A stretch of 64,000 nt of DNA from Bigelowiella natans CCMP2755. Lineage: Eukaryota; Protista; Cercozoa. Below the pieces are notes generated by a model that saw only the letters and a list, made by a program, of their open reading frames with translations, searched no databases and was not told where the DNA came from. Numbering within the stretch: the stretch's first letter is position 1; each line of letters begins with the position of its first letter. Location of the stretch: the NCBI GenBank assembly GCA_000320545.1, contig ADNK01000413.1, positions 45,313 to 109,312 of the forward strand, written 5' to 3'. The translations under genes were made by a program, and so were the position numbers. Below are positions 1 through 10,043 of the stretch, one piece after another.

Positions 1-142
1 CTGGTTTAGCAAGACCAAGTTCAATCAATGTGTCTCCATTTTGTCCCTTGTGATTGTCAATGTTCTTCACAAATGCTTCTACAGTTTCATCATCAACCTT
101 TGGTTTTGTTGGAACTTTTTCATCCTTGTCATCATTGCTCAT
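1..142 (-). CDS. Viral hypothetical protein, N-terminal part (continues beyond window start)
   Basis: ATG at 142-140 opens a frame (MSNDDKDEKVPTKPKVDDETVEAF...) that runs to the window edge. Confidence 0.4.
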   Translation of the reverse strand, partial: MSNDDKDEKVPTKPKVDDETVEAFVKNIDNHKGQNGDTLIELGLAKP

Positions 143-408
143 CACAACATGACTGTGCATTTCACAATGATTTCAAACGAACATTGATCAAATGATGCTG
201 TCATGCCATCAACTTTTTTAGGAACCTTTGGAATTTCTTTTTTCTTCTTTTCCTCCTCTTTCATTTTTGGTTTACGAACATCCTCAAAATGTTTCTTGTT
301 GTGTTCACTTGTCTTCTCTTTTTTTTCTTGACATCTCTTCTTTTGGTGTGCTGTCATTTTTTCTCTGTTTGGTTTGTGACATGCTTTTTGTTTTTCCTCA
401 TCAGACAT
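142..408 (-). pseudogene. Small Lys/Glu-rich viral protein, TpA-mutated
   Basis: ACHKPNREKMTAHQKKRCQEKKEKTSEHNKKHFE matches the common viral Y-Y-x-x-N-R-E-K-I-x-x-Y-Q-K-K-x-Y pattern with Tyr replaced by His/Cys. Confidence 0.55.
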
Positions 409-466
409 TTGTCAAAACAGTTTGGATTTTTGCATTTGAAAAAAATGATCTCAACTCAATTGACAT

Positions 467-1696
467 GTGAGCAATTTGAGAGAAACAGAAAAAAGGTTCA
501 CACGACAGTGGAACAATTGTTTTCCATTGATGGAAGAAGATGGAAAAGGAAATGAAGTTCCAAGTGAAGTCAATGTTGATCATCTTCTTTGGATGATTTT
601 CAATGAAGACTCCATTGGAGGTGACAGAAAACTTGTGGTGAGAAAAACTGACACTGCGGTGATTGGTCCAATGACAGAAACAAGAACACATTTGTCGAAC
701 ATGGAAAAGAATTCAATCACATGTGCCAATGACAACGGATTTGACATCAGTGATCCAACAGAAGATTCAAGAACACCACCAAGAGCACAAACACCGCCAA
801 AAATGACAAGAACACCAGCACCACCACCATCTAGAAATGGGTCAAGATCATCAACACCATCGCCAAGAGGACCAGCACCAAGAGGACCAGCACCAGGAGG
901 ACTAGCACCAGCACCAGCACCAGCACCAGCACCAGCACCAGCACCAGAAAACAGACAACAACAGATGGCACAAGAAGCAAAACTACCAGCATTAGCAAGA
1001 TCATCTGGTCGTGATGTTCCAACACAAGCAACACCATCACAAAGATTTGACCAACAACCAGGTTTCAGTCCAACCCCAGTTGTTCCTGCAACGGCACCTG
1101 CTGGATTTGAATCAACACCAGATGACACAGGTGAGAAAAAATTGACAGATTCATCTTTGAAAGAAATGAAAGAACATGATGATTTTCAGAGACCGCTACC
1201 TGATGTTTCAGAAAGACAAAATGCAATCTGTCAGACCAAGATGAGGCAAGGATTGATCCAAGAAGCAACTCATCCATTCGGAGGTAAACGTGATGTGACC
1301 AATGAATCACAAATCAATTGCAATGCTGATCATGAAAACCCATTCATCAAATCTCAAGCAAGATTGAAGGTGAAAGAAATGGATGACACGAGCATCACAC
1401 ACAAACCTCAATTGCAAGAGGCCATTGATGATGCCAAACCATCTGCTAAATTGCCAGCAAAGATGGCCAATGTGAAAGCACTAAAAGTTGAAGTTCCAGT
1501 TGAACCTCCGTTCAAAGCAAGAGGTTTTGATCCAAAGGAATTGCGACCTGCATTTGAAATCAATTGCACTCACGGCATGGTGCCTCATCACATGTCTCAA
1601 GCATGCAAAAAGAAGAAAGATGAAGTAGCAGATGTGCATGCTGCTCACATCAAATCAAAACAAATGAAAGATGCTTCTGATTTGTTTTTTCAATGA
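467..1696 (+). pseudogene. Viral Pro/Ala-rich hypothetical protein (409 aa), TpA-mutated
   Basis: Long ORF with a GTG start preceded by T, a TGA stop, no Tyr in 409 aa and a (PA)n linker. Confidence 0.6.
868..946 (+). repeat. Coding hexamer repeat (CCAGCA)n giving a PAPAPA linker
   Basis: Directly visible tandem repeat. Confidence 0.9.
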
Positions 1697-1739
1697 AAAT
1701 GACTCAAAGATGTGAACACACATGAACACAATGAAACAT

Positions 1740-2327
1740 GTGCCAGATCATGCCAAAGGAAAAATTTGCAAACTGCACATGTCAGGAAATGAAGATTCAA
1801 TTTGTCATGGTTCTGCCATTCAAAGTTCAAGTGTGAGATCATCTGGTCATAGAAAAAATTTGAAATGTTGGAAAAAGGGTACAGGTTCATTCATGACATC
1901 ATTTGAATCATTGGAAAATGAAAATGCAATCACAACCCTTGTTGAAAATTTCCCTTGTGATTCTGAACATGAATTAGAAGCCAGAGAACGATTTTGCATG
2001 GAAAACAACAAATGCATCAATGAAAATGCACCCACAAGAACTGCAAAAGAATGGAGAGAAACAAACAAAGAACGATCAAAACAATGCAGACAAGATGACA
2101 AAGAACGAATGGCAAAACCAAACAAAAAATGTCATGAAGATGACAAAGAATTGTCAAAGGAAAAAAGAAAAGAACACTTTGCGAATCACAGAAAAAAGAA
2201 CAAAGAAAAATTTGAAGAAAAAATCAAATGTCCCTTCTGTGGTTGTTCTGTTGGAAAATCCAATTTGAAAAGACATCAAAGAACCAAAAAATGTTCAAAA
2301 GCACAAGAAGAATTCAAACAAAAATGA
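1740..2327 (+). pseudogene. GIY-YIG endonuclease with C-terminal C2H2-like zinc finger, TpA-mutated
   Basis: KGKICKL...ICHGSAIQ corresponds to the viral KGKIYKL...YxGSTxQ motif. It also has LVENFPC...ELEARE and a C-terminal CPFCG...LKRHQRTKKC. The likely original start is now GTG at 1740. Confidence 0.85.
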
Positions 2328-2383
2328 ATGTTTGAAATGATTGTCGTTTCATTGTGATTGTCATCATCCATTGCAATCACAAT

Positions 2384-3139
2384 GTGACCAATTCTGAAAA
2401 GGGCAAATGCAAAAAATTAGACATGAAACCAACAATGACAACCAAAAAAAAACAGATCCACAACAATTGCAACTTGACACCTTCGTTTCCAAACAGATGC
2501 TCATTCACAGCTCCAACAGGAAGTGGAAAATCAGTGGTGATGGCAAATTTGTCAACTCGTAAAAGACATTCAAGAAACTTCTTTGATGTTGTTTTGTTTC
2601 ACTCTCCAAACGTTCACTTTGAAGACGAACGTGCAGAAACAAAGGCAAAAAATGAAAAAGCAGAAATGAAATTTGAAGAAAAGTTCAAAGAGAAAGAGTT
2701 TGGAGCCATGGTTCATGAAGTGATGCGAGAACAAAAAGAACTAAAAGACAAAAAGAAACACATGAAAAAAACATTGACAATCATTGATGATTTCGCTTCA
2801 GATGAAAAAGTGATGAAAAGTGAAACATTGAAAGATTTGTTCTTTGCTGGTGGAAAATGTGGTGCATGTGTTTGGATCACCAGTCAGTGTTGCAAAATTG
2901 TTTCTCCTGATGTTCGCACAAATGCCGAACATTTGATTGTTTTTAGCAGACAACCTTCAACTGAATTGAAAAAGATGGCTGAAGAAATGTCAACAGGCAA
3001 ATGCACTGAGAAAAAAATTGTGGAAACACTTGATGAAATGTCTTCTGTGGATCATTCATTTCCACATTGCAATCGCAAGCAACCAATGAATGAAAGGTGC
3101 ATGATCAATTTTCAAAGTTTCATGAACATCCAAACATGA
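2384..3139 (+). pseudogene. A32/FtsK-like DNA packaging ATPase, TpA-mutated
   Basis: Walker A APTGSGKS and Walker B TIIDD. GGKCGACVWITSQCCKIVSPDVRTN corresponds to the A32 motif GRx..s.(w)itsQ.y...sp.iR.N. No Tyr. The probable start is GTG at 2384. Confidence 0.9.
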
Positions 3140-3395
3140 TCAATGTGGATGAACTTTTGCCAGAATCACATTCAAAAAAATCAGGAACAAATCATCATCA
3201 TTTGACAGTCGTCCAAAAAAAAACAGCAAATCCTTTTTCACATTCAAAAAAATCAGCTGTCATGGTCCCAGCTGTCAAACCTGCTGGTTTTTTTGCGAGA
3301 GAATTTGTGAGAAAAGAAGTGCCTGTGAGCATCAAACGAACATTTGAAAGGTGTCAAATGTCAATTAATTGTCATCTAAACGTTGACAATGACAC

Positions 3396-3959
3396 ATGGG
3401 AAATGACAATTCTTCACCACCAAAACCAAAACCAATCCACATTCCAAAGCCACATTTTCCAAAACCAAAACCAATGCATGTTCCAAGAATTCCCACAGAA
3501 AAAGCAACTAAGCCTGTGAACAAAGGAACAAAAAAAGGAGCAAATCATCTTGAAGACAAACTGACACATCCAGTTGCTGCTGCAAATGAAGCTGAAGGAG
3601 CATTGAGTGAATTGGATTCTGTGTCTCACGGCAGTCTTGGTGTTGTGCATCAGGGATCTCAAGTTGTGTTTCCACAATTTGGATTGGCCGTCACATTGGC
3701 CACTGTAGCAGATGAAATGGCTCACAATGATGGTGAGTCATCAAAAAAAACATCAAAAAACATCTCATCAAATCAGGCTACAGGAGGTGTTTGTGGTGAT
3801 TGTCAAAGTGTCAGAACCATTGAAAAATCAGAGCTTGTGACTGAAATGGAAAACAAATTCAATGCAGATTCACACGACTCACCAGATGTTGATGGAGCAA
3901 TTCCAGTTTCTGTGGAAGGCAAAATTTCTGTTGATGATGCGACCAGAAAACTCAGATGA
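3396..3959 (+). CDS. Viral hypothetical protein with MGNxxS-like N-terminus and Pro/Lys-rich segment (mutated)
   Basis: 187-aa ORF with TCTA 17 nt upstream of the ATG and no Tyr. Confidence 0.55.
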   Translation: MGNDNSSPPKPKPIHIPKPHFPKPKPMHVPRIPTEKATKPVNKGTKKGANHLEDKLTHPVAAANEAEGALSELDSVSHGSLGVVHQGSQVVFPQFGLAVTLATVADEMAHNDGESSKKTSKNISSNQATGGVCGDCQSVRTIEKSELVTEMENKFNADSHDSPDVDGAIPVSVEGKISVDDATRKLR

Positions 3960-3960
3960 A

Positions 3961-4200
3961 TCACTTTTTCTCATCTTCTTTGATTTCAGGACTTGGCAGA
4001 AATGTTCCAAGTGTCAGAATGACAACGTTTGAAAAAGCATTTCTTTCTGCTACATTTTTTGCTGTTGCAACTTGAAGCACACTGAATGTTGAAACACTGA
4101 ACATTGCACCAGATTTCAGGAAAAACTCTGAAGCCCTTTTGTCAGAAGTTGAACAACAAGACTGGTGAGCATCAATGTGTTTTTCATCCTCTGATTCTTT
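3961..4200 (-). CDS. Small viral two-TM membrane protein (SCC...D...FF...LG.FLPSP type), mutated; start uncertain
   Basis: QSCCSTSDKRASEFFLK...VVILTLGTFLPSP resembles small membrane proteins of PLV/NCLDV-like viruses. Confidence 0.5.
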   Translation of the reverse strand, partial: KESEDEKHIDAHQSCCSTSDKRASEFFLKSGAMFSVSTFSVLQVATAKNVAERNAFSNVVILTLGTFLPSPEIKEDEKK

Positions 4201-4371
4201 TCTGTGTGGCATCTCTTCCATCATTCTGTCTTTGCATTCTTCAGAATCATTCATGTCTGCAACTTTTTGTTGTTTTTCATCTGCTTTGTGTTCGATGGAT
4301 TGTGGAACAATCATTGCAAACAGTCACAAACAAAATGCCACAATGATTTTTTTTCTGTTCTTGTGATGACA

Positions 4372-5266
4372 ATGGGATCATTTGATGAGATGAAAGATGG
4401 ATTCAAAAAGGCTGTTAATGATGTGCAAAAATCATCAGGGCATGCAACAAAGCAAATCAAAAAAGACTTCACAAAAGCAGGAGATGCTGTCAAAGATGTG
4501 TCTGTCATGGCAGGTGATGAAATCAAAAAAGGAGCCCATGAAGTTGGAGATCAACTGAAAAAACAAGAAGTCCAACAGGCACTCGCAGGGACTGGAATTG
4601 CTTTAGCTAATGTTGCTACTGGAGGGGCATTTGCTCCAGAATTAATGGCAGGTGGATTAGCAATTCAAGGTGCCATTGAGTCAGCACATTCAAAATCTTT
4701 ACCTCATGACACTGTGCTGCAGGCAGGAACCGCATGTGCCACTGGTGAATTAGATTTTAACAAAAGAGGACCAGGTGTTGGTTCATTTAGCGAAGGTATT
4801 TCTAATTTGAGAGAAGAAGGTGTGAAACGATTTGATGGTGTTGAAGATGAATTATCAGATGAAGCTATGAAAAGACATGATGATGTAAAAGGCAAAGCAT
4901 CAGCAAGATTAGGATTTGATCCAACACAAATGCAATCTACAGATGAAGCTATGGATTCATTAAAAGCACAAATTGACAAAAATAGAAATATTAGAGCAAC
5001 AGCTAATGGATTTAAGAAGTGGAAAAGCATTAGAAAATTTAACAAACAAAGCAAAAAGTGAATTAAAAAAAGAAGTAAGTAGTCAAGGCAATAAAATACT
5101 AAATGATGTTTTAGGTAAAGTGTCTCAAAAGAAAAGCAAAGTGAAAAAAGCCATGAAAAAAGTTAAGAAGAAGATGAAATCTTCTAAAGGCAAAATGGCT
5201 GATGTCATTAAAAAGGTGAAACAAAATCAACAGAGATACAGAATGTCAAGTGGCATTGTGAATTAA
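4372..5266 (+). pseudogene. Viral MG-starting amphipathic/basic protein, apparently frameshifted near 4975-5060
   Basis: The ORF from MGSFDEMKDGFKKAV overlaps a second Lys-rich ORF (4973-5266) that lacks its own ATG. Confidence 0.5.
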
Positions 5267-5334
5267 AAAAAAAACACATCATGAAAAAATTACATTCGTT
5301 TTGATACAATTTTTTTCATCTACACATTGTTAAC

Positions 5335-6999
5335 ATGGATGCAATTAGTGAAACTACCGATGTTAGTAGATTTCCAGAAATCGACTACAGTTTACCCCCT
5401 ATGGATAAAATTTTCATTGATTCAGTCTCTCATTTTAGAGAAGAGATGAAAAATAGTAACAATGCTAAAAAAGCGAATACCAAAATGAGATTTTTTGTTC
5501 CAGCTCAACAAAGAGCAGTAGACCCATCTGAATTACATTTTCAATTAAATGTTGCTGCCAGAACAGCTGGAGATGCTGATTTACCAGCGGTTGACCAATT
5601 AAGATTAAGACTTGCTGAAGGTGGAGTTCATTCTCTCTTTAGAGAGATGATCATTAGAGATGGTAGAGGTAACATCATTGAAAAAATTAACAACTATGAC
5701 CTTGTTACTAAAATTTTACAAGATACTTTGTTGACTAAAGAAGTTAAAAATAATTTGTTAAATGTGGAAGGTGTTCATGATGACCAAGGATTGTTCAACA
5801 CAGTTCATAGCAAATTTGATATTACTGGTAACACCTTAGAATTAAAAGCACCTGTGGCTCAGGTCGTAGCTGATACTCTTCCAGCAGGTGCGGCTGATTT
5901 TCCCGCAGCCAATGCTGCTCCTGTTGCTGCTGTGACCACTCCCGCTTCACCATCAAGAGTACTTGGTGTAGGAACTCAATTCTTAACTGAACTAAGACCA
6001 GGTTCTGTTGTTAAATTCAATGGAAACAGTTACACAGTTGCCCATGTTGTATCTGACACAGAATTTGTATCTGCTACTAACATTGCTGCTGATGTTGCTG
6101 CTGCTAACATTGTTGCTGGTAGAGATTTTGTTGAAGGATTACTTGAAACAGAAAGTCGTTACAAAAAATTCCATCACGATGGACTTTTTACAGCAGATGG
6201 AGCTGTTCATTGCTTTCAGCCATGCTGCTCTGGGTTTTCATCTCAAAACAAATACCTTCATCTTGATCATTGTGGTGGGTTAGAATTTGAATTTACTTTA
6301 GATAGCAATGCCATGATTTTCGATGATGCTAATGCAGCAGGTAATGCCAATATTTTCATTAAACAAGGATATGTTCATCACACTGCTCTTGAATTTTCAC
6401 CAGTTGTTGAAGCTGCTCTTGCTAAAGCATATGTGAGAGGTTTATCTATGAGTTTCCCTGTGTACCATGTAGTTAGTGGAACACAAAATGCTTCTACCTC
6501 TGTTTCTCAGGAATATCAAGAAAGTTTAGCAATTCTTGAAATGGTTAAAATTGTTAGTAGACCAACTGGGTTTGATGCAAATGCTGGAGCATCATTTTTC
6601 TTTGAAGATCTAACCAGTGCTAAAAGAATTTACTGGGAGATCAACAAACAAAGATTTACTGAGTGTGGCAATGATGACATTTTACCTCAAGTTGTTTTTG
6701 TGAACAACAGAATCGGTAAAAATCTATTAGGAGATTACAAACATGCTACAATTTCTTATGGAGAATTCAAAGAAGCAGGTAAATCTGCTTTAATTTTCAA
6801 TGCGCAAAACTACAAAGAAGGTAATTACACAGGAGTTAACACCAACCGAGCAACTATGAGACTTAAAATTGAAGGAGGAGATGGTGTTGGTTCTTTACAA
6901 CCTGGTATTGCTAATCAAGGTAGACAAATCGATGTGTTAATGATGCACGAGCAATACATTATGTTAAAAGATGGAGAAAGTGTGACAGTTCGTAGCTAA
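5335..6999 (+). CDS. Major capsid protein (double jelly-roll, PLV type)
   Basis: 554 aa with PEIDYSLPP, MRFFVP...VDPSELHFQLNV and GGVHSLFREMIIRDGRGNIIEKINNYDLV, typical of PLV MCP N-termini; lies next to the minor capsid gene. Confidence 0.85.
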   Translation: MDAISETTDVSRFPEIDYSLPPMDKIFIDSVSHFREEMKNSNNAKKANTKMRFFVPAQQRAVDPSELHFQLNVAARTAGDADLPAVDQLRLRLAEGGVHSLFREMIIRDGRGNIIEKINNYDLVTKILQDTLLTKEVKNNLLNVEGVHDDQGLFNTVHSKFDITGNTLELKAPVAQVVADTLPAGAADFPAANAAPVAAVTTPASPSRVLGVGTQFLTELRPGSVVKFNGNSYTVAHVVSDTEFVSATNIAADVAAANIVAGRDFVEGLLETESRYKKFHHDGLFTADGAVHCFQPCCSGFSSQNKYLHLDHCGGLEFEFTLDSNAMIFDDANAAGNANIFIKQGYVHHTALEFSPVVEAALAKAYVRGLSMSFPVYHVVSGTQNASTSVSQEYQESLAILEMVKIVSRPTGFDANAGASFFFEDLTSAKRIYWEINKQRFTECGNDDILPQVVFVNNRIGKNLLGDYKHATISYGEFKEAGKSALIFNAQNYKEGNYTGVNTNRATMRLKIEGGDGVGSLQPGIANQGRQIDVLMMHEQYIMLKDGESVTVRS

Positions 7000-7116
7000 T
7001 TTCATTTTTCTATCAATCATTCCAATCCTTTGGGATTTGGAGTTGCTTCGCCAACATTTGTTGTTAAATTCCACCAAAATTTATATCATGAAAATTTATT
7101 TCTAATATAAATTAAT

Positions 7117-7833
7117 ATGAAACAACACAAAATTTATTTTAATAGCAAAGATAGAATTACTGGAACAACCAATAATTTAAATTATCAATTAAATAGTGTA
7201 ATTGATAATGTATCTTCTATTTCTATTACAAGAGCAAGATTTCCAATTACTTGTTACAATGTGTCAGCTAAAAATAACATTTTAGAAATTGAGAATAGTT
7301 CTGGAAACAAAACAAGTATGGAATTAACAAAACAAAATTATGGTGCTACTGAATTAGCAACAGAATTACAAACTAAACTTTCAACTAATGCCTCAACAGT
7401 AGGAACTTTTACTCCTGTGCACAATGCTAAAACAGGAAAATTTAGCACAGGTTGTAGTAATAGTTTCAAAATAATTAAAAACGAATGCTCTAAATTTTTA
7501 GGTTATAATGACACTACACCTCTTTCTACATTGCATGTAGCAGATAATATGAGTAATCTATCACCAAAACCTGTTTACATTCAAACTGATTTACAACTGG
7601 ATACAGAATTAGCAGGTCAATTGTCAAGTGTTGTGCATGAAGTCTCTGGCGATGTGTCTTTTGGTAGTATCTCATATGATAATGAGAAACCAAGTGAAAG
7701 GATTGAATTAATGAAAAAAAAGAATGTAAGCAACTTAAAATTTACACTTGTAGATGGTAATGGAGATGAAATAGAAAATAATGGTACAGATCATTCTATG
7801 ATGGTATCTTTGTTTTGTCAGACTAAGGAATAA
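7117..7833 (+). CDS. Minor capsid (penton) protein, single jelly-roll
   Basis: IYFNSKDR...YNV...NN...NY...ELATELQTKL...TGKF...LGY...LKFTLVDGNG...NNGTDHSM pattern of PLV/NCLDV minor capsid proteins. Confidence 0.85.
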   Translation: MKQHKIYFNSKDRITGTTNNLNYQLNSVIDNVSSISITRARFPITCYNVSAKNNILEIENSSGNKTSMELTKQNYGATELATELQTKLSTNASTVGTFTPVHNAKTGKFSTGCSNSFKIIKNECSKFLGYNDTTPLSTLHVADNMSNLSPKPVYIQTDLQLDTELAGQLSSVVHEVSGDVSFGSISYDNEKPSERIELMKKKNVSNLKFTLVDGNGDEIENNGTDHSMMVSLFCQTKE

Positions 7834-7863
7834 GAAAAAAATATCTAATCATTATTAATAAAA

Positions 7864-9426
7864 ATGAGTGTTAGTATTACAGGTGAAAACATCCCTAACC
7901 CTAATGTATCTGGTGGAACAAACAATGATAACAATTCTTCAGCAGGAGGCATAGTTGGGATTACAAGCAATTCGAATGACATTAATTTTGATGAAGGAGT
8001 TTCTGTGAATGGCATAAAATTTCAAAACACAGGAAACCAAAACGGACTTTTTATGGGTGTTGATTTGTCTGGTAATTCGTCTATGGAAATGGTCTCTCCA
8101 ACAACCTACATTGATTTTGTACATCAATTAGGTTCTGATTATACGAATCGTGTTCTGTCAAAAAATGACGGTATTCACTTCACAGGGGATTTACACATGG
8201 GCATTATTAGACCTAATTATGTATCTTCAAGTACAATAACATCTACGAATGGAACTTTTAATGCTATTAATTTAGACGGTGTCCCTTTGAATCCAAGAAA
8301 TTGTTTAGTTCACGGGATTACATCTGACATTGTAAGTGGAAACATGAAATTTACTATGAATTCTAATTTTCAAGAAAAATTAACAACATTAGGCGATTAT
8401 GATCTGTCAAACAAAATAACAAATGATGCTACAAATGGTTTGATTGTTAATGCTAATAATGTTAATGATGCAAGTGTTTTATCAACCAAAGTATCAAAAT
8501 TTTCTTCATCTGTATCAGGAAAAGAACCAAAAATATTAAGTATTGACAATGATTTACAATTAGCTAATCATTCAGGTACACCTCAAATGCGATTCAAAGA
8601 TAACAGTGGCAATGTTCAAATTTCATGTAATGAATTAGAGTTAACAGATAATGTAGGGGAGGTAAAATTAAAGATCTTAGAAAAAATAAATAATGTAGAA
8701 ACAAAAACAACAACAACAGAAAACAAACTTAATCCAATTACTTCATCTAACAACGAACATCAATTTTCAAGTTCCATTTTTGTAAATGGTTTGAGAAGCA
8801 CAACACAACCTCATATCGATGGTATTCATTTAGGAAAAGATGTTCATAATGGTAGTAGCATTGAATTCGTTAGTCCAACATGTTACATTGATTTCGTTCA
8901 TAACAATTCAGGGACAGATTATGCGAATCGTATTTTATCCAATAATGATGGAATTCACATCACAGGGGATTTGCATGTTTTCAATACAAAAATTGCTGGA
9001 GATGTTACATTTCAAGGTTCATTGTTATCGAACACATTGACAGATTTAACAAATGGATTAAATGCAATTGAAGCATTAGCTATGAGCAATAGCAACAATG
9101 TTCAAAATGGATTTAGCAATGTAAATGTCCCTATTGTAAGAGTCATTAATAATTCATCTACTGTTGTTTTCTTTGAAAGTGGTAATCAGCCACCTTTTTA
9201 CAATCCTCGTGTAGAAAATGGTAAATCTACCGTTTTAGAACATGCTTCAAATGTTGTGTCATTAAATGTTCGTTCATCATCTCCATCATGTAATTCATTT
9301 AATCTCACAGCAGACAAAGCAGTTAGCATAAATTCTGGTTCTGATCCTAATATGCCAACTGGGGCACAACATAGAATCGAATTGAATGGTCTGAATTTTG
9401 TAACCTTTACAATTTTCAATCCATAA
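7864..9426 (+). CDS. Putative virion fibre/spike protein with a duplicated YIDF...DY..R(I/V) module
   Basis: 520 aa, Asn/Ser/Gly-rich, with two ~70-aa internal repeats and a central short coiled coil. Confidence 0.6.
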   Translation: MSVSITGENIPNPNVSGGTNNDNNSSAGGIVGITSNSNDINFDEGVSVNGIKFQNTGNQNGLFMGVDLSGNSSMEMVSPTTYIDFVHQLGSDYTNRVLSKNDGIHFTGDLHMGIIRPNYVSSSTITSTNGTFNAINLDGVPLNPRNCLVHGITSDIVSGNMKFTMNSNFQEKLTTLGDYDLSNKITNDATNGLIVNANNVNDASVLSTKVSKFSSSVSGKEPKILSIDNDLQLANHSGTPQMRFKDNSGNVQISCNELELTDNVGEVKLKILEKINNVETKTTTTENKLNPITSSNNEHQFSSSIFVNGLRSTTQPHIDGIHLGKDVHNGSSIEFVSPTCYIDFVHNNSGTDYANRILSNNDGIHITGDLHVFNTKIAGDVTFQGSLLSNTLTDLTNGLNAIEALAMSNSNNVQNGFSNVNVPIVRVINNSSTVVFFESGNQPPFYNPRVENGKSTVLEHASNVVSLNVRSSSPSCNSFNLTADKAVSINSGSDPNMPTGAQHRIELNGLNFVTFTIFNP

Positions 9427-9470
9427 TTCGTTTAGAATGAAAAAAAAATACATAGTCATATTGTAATCAT

Positions 9471-9851
9471 GTGGATAATGTTAGTAATGTTAGAGAAACT
9501 TTAAAAGGTTATAGAGTTACACAATTGAAAGAATTGTGTCGTGAAGTAGGAACATCTCAATGTGCCAGAAACAAAAAAACTTTAATGGATAGATTGACAC
9601 CTATAGTTCTAAAAAGTGCTGGATATGAAGTCGTTTCTATTGAAAAAGAAGAAGAGGTAAAAAAACCAGCTAAAAAAATCAAAAGAGTTCCAGTTAAAAA
9701 TAGTGTTAAAAAGAAAGAAGAGGAAAAAGTAGAGGAAGAAAAAATTAGTCTTGAATCAAAAGAAGATAGTAATGATGAAAAAGTAAGCATAGAAATAGAA
9801 GAAGATGGTAATGATGAAAGTTCAGTAACAGAATCAGATGTAGAAAATTAA
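9471..9851 (+). CDS. SAP/Rho-N-like (HeH) nucleic-acid-binding protein with acidic tail
   Basis: LKGYRVTQLKELCREVG...NKKTLMDRL; GTG start preceded by T. Confidence 0.6.
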   Translation: MDNVSNVRETLKGYRVTQLKELCREVGTSQCARNKKTLMDRLTPIVLKSAGYEVVSIEKEEEVKKPAKKIKRVPVKNSVKKKEEEKVEEEKISLESKEDSNDEKVSIEIEEDGNDESSVTESDVEN

Positions 9852-9864
9852 CTCTGTTCATGTA

Positions 9865-9990
9865 ATGGGAGGAACAATAATTGTTTTATTAACTTTAGGT
9901 GCATGTGTGATGATTGGACACATATTTGGTAGAGTGTCGGCATCAATTACTGATTTAGACCCTACTAACGATTATTTGATTGTGAATTAA
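9865..9990 (+). CDS. 41-aa hydrophobic viral peptide
   Basis: MGGTIIVLLTLGACVMIGHIFG... fills the intergenic gap in the gene-dense array. Confidence 0.4.
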   Translation: MGGTIIVLLTLGACVMIGHIFGRVSASITDLDPTNDYLIVN

Positions 9991-10043
9991 AAAATTATTT
10001 TTTTGAAATTTTGTTTATAAAAATTATCTAAATCTTTATAACT

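Noticed and set aside
1-4600. Alternative genetic code or plain CpG decay as the explanation for the Tyr-free proteins
   Set aside because: The same element has normal Tyr usage at 11-12 kb, changes cross codon boundaries (T|A), and TA rather than CG is the dinucleotide conspicuously missing
228-5054. Numerous overlapping and antisense ORFs of 60-180 aa in the viral left arm
   Set aside because: Expected by-product of TAA/TAG loss in TpA-depleted DNA; no recognisable motifs
7021-7041. Imperfect hairpin after the MCP stop (possible giant-virus-style polyadenylation hairpin)
   Set aside because: Only about 8 bp with a bulge, and no equivalent seen after other genes
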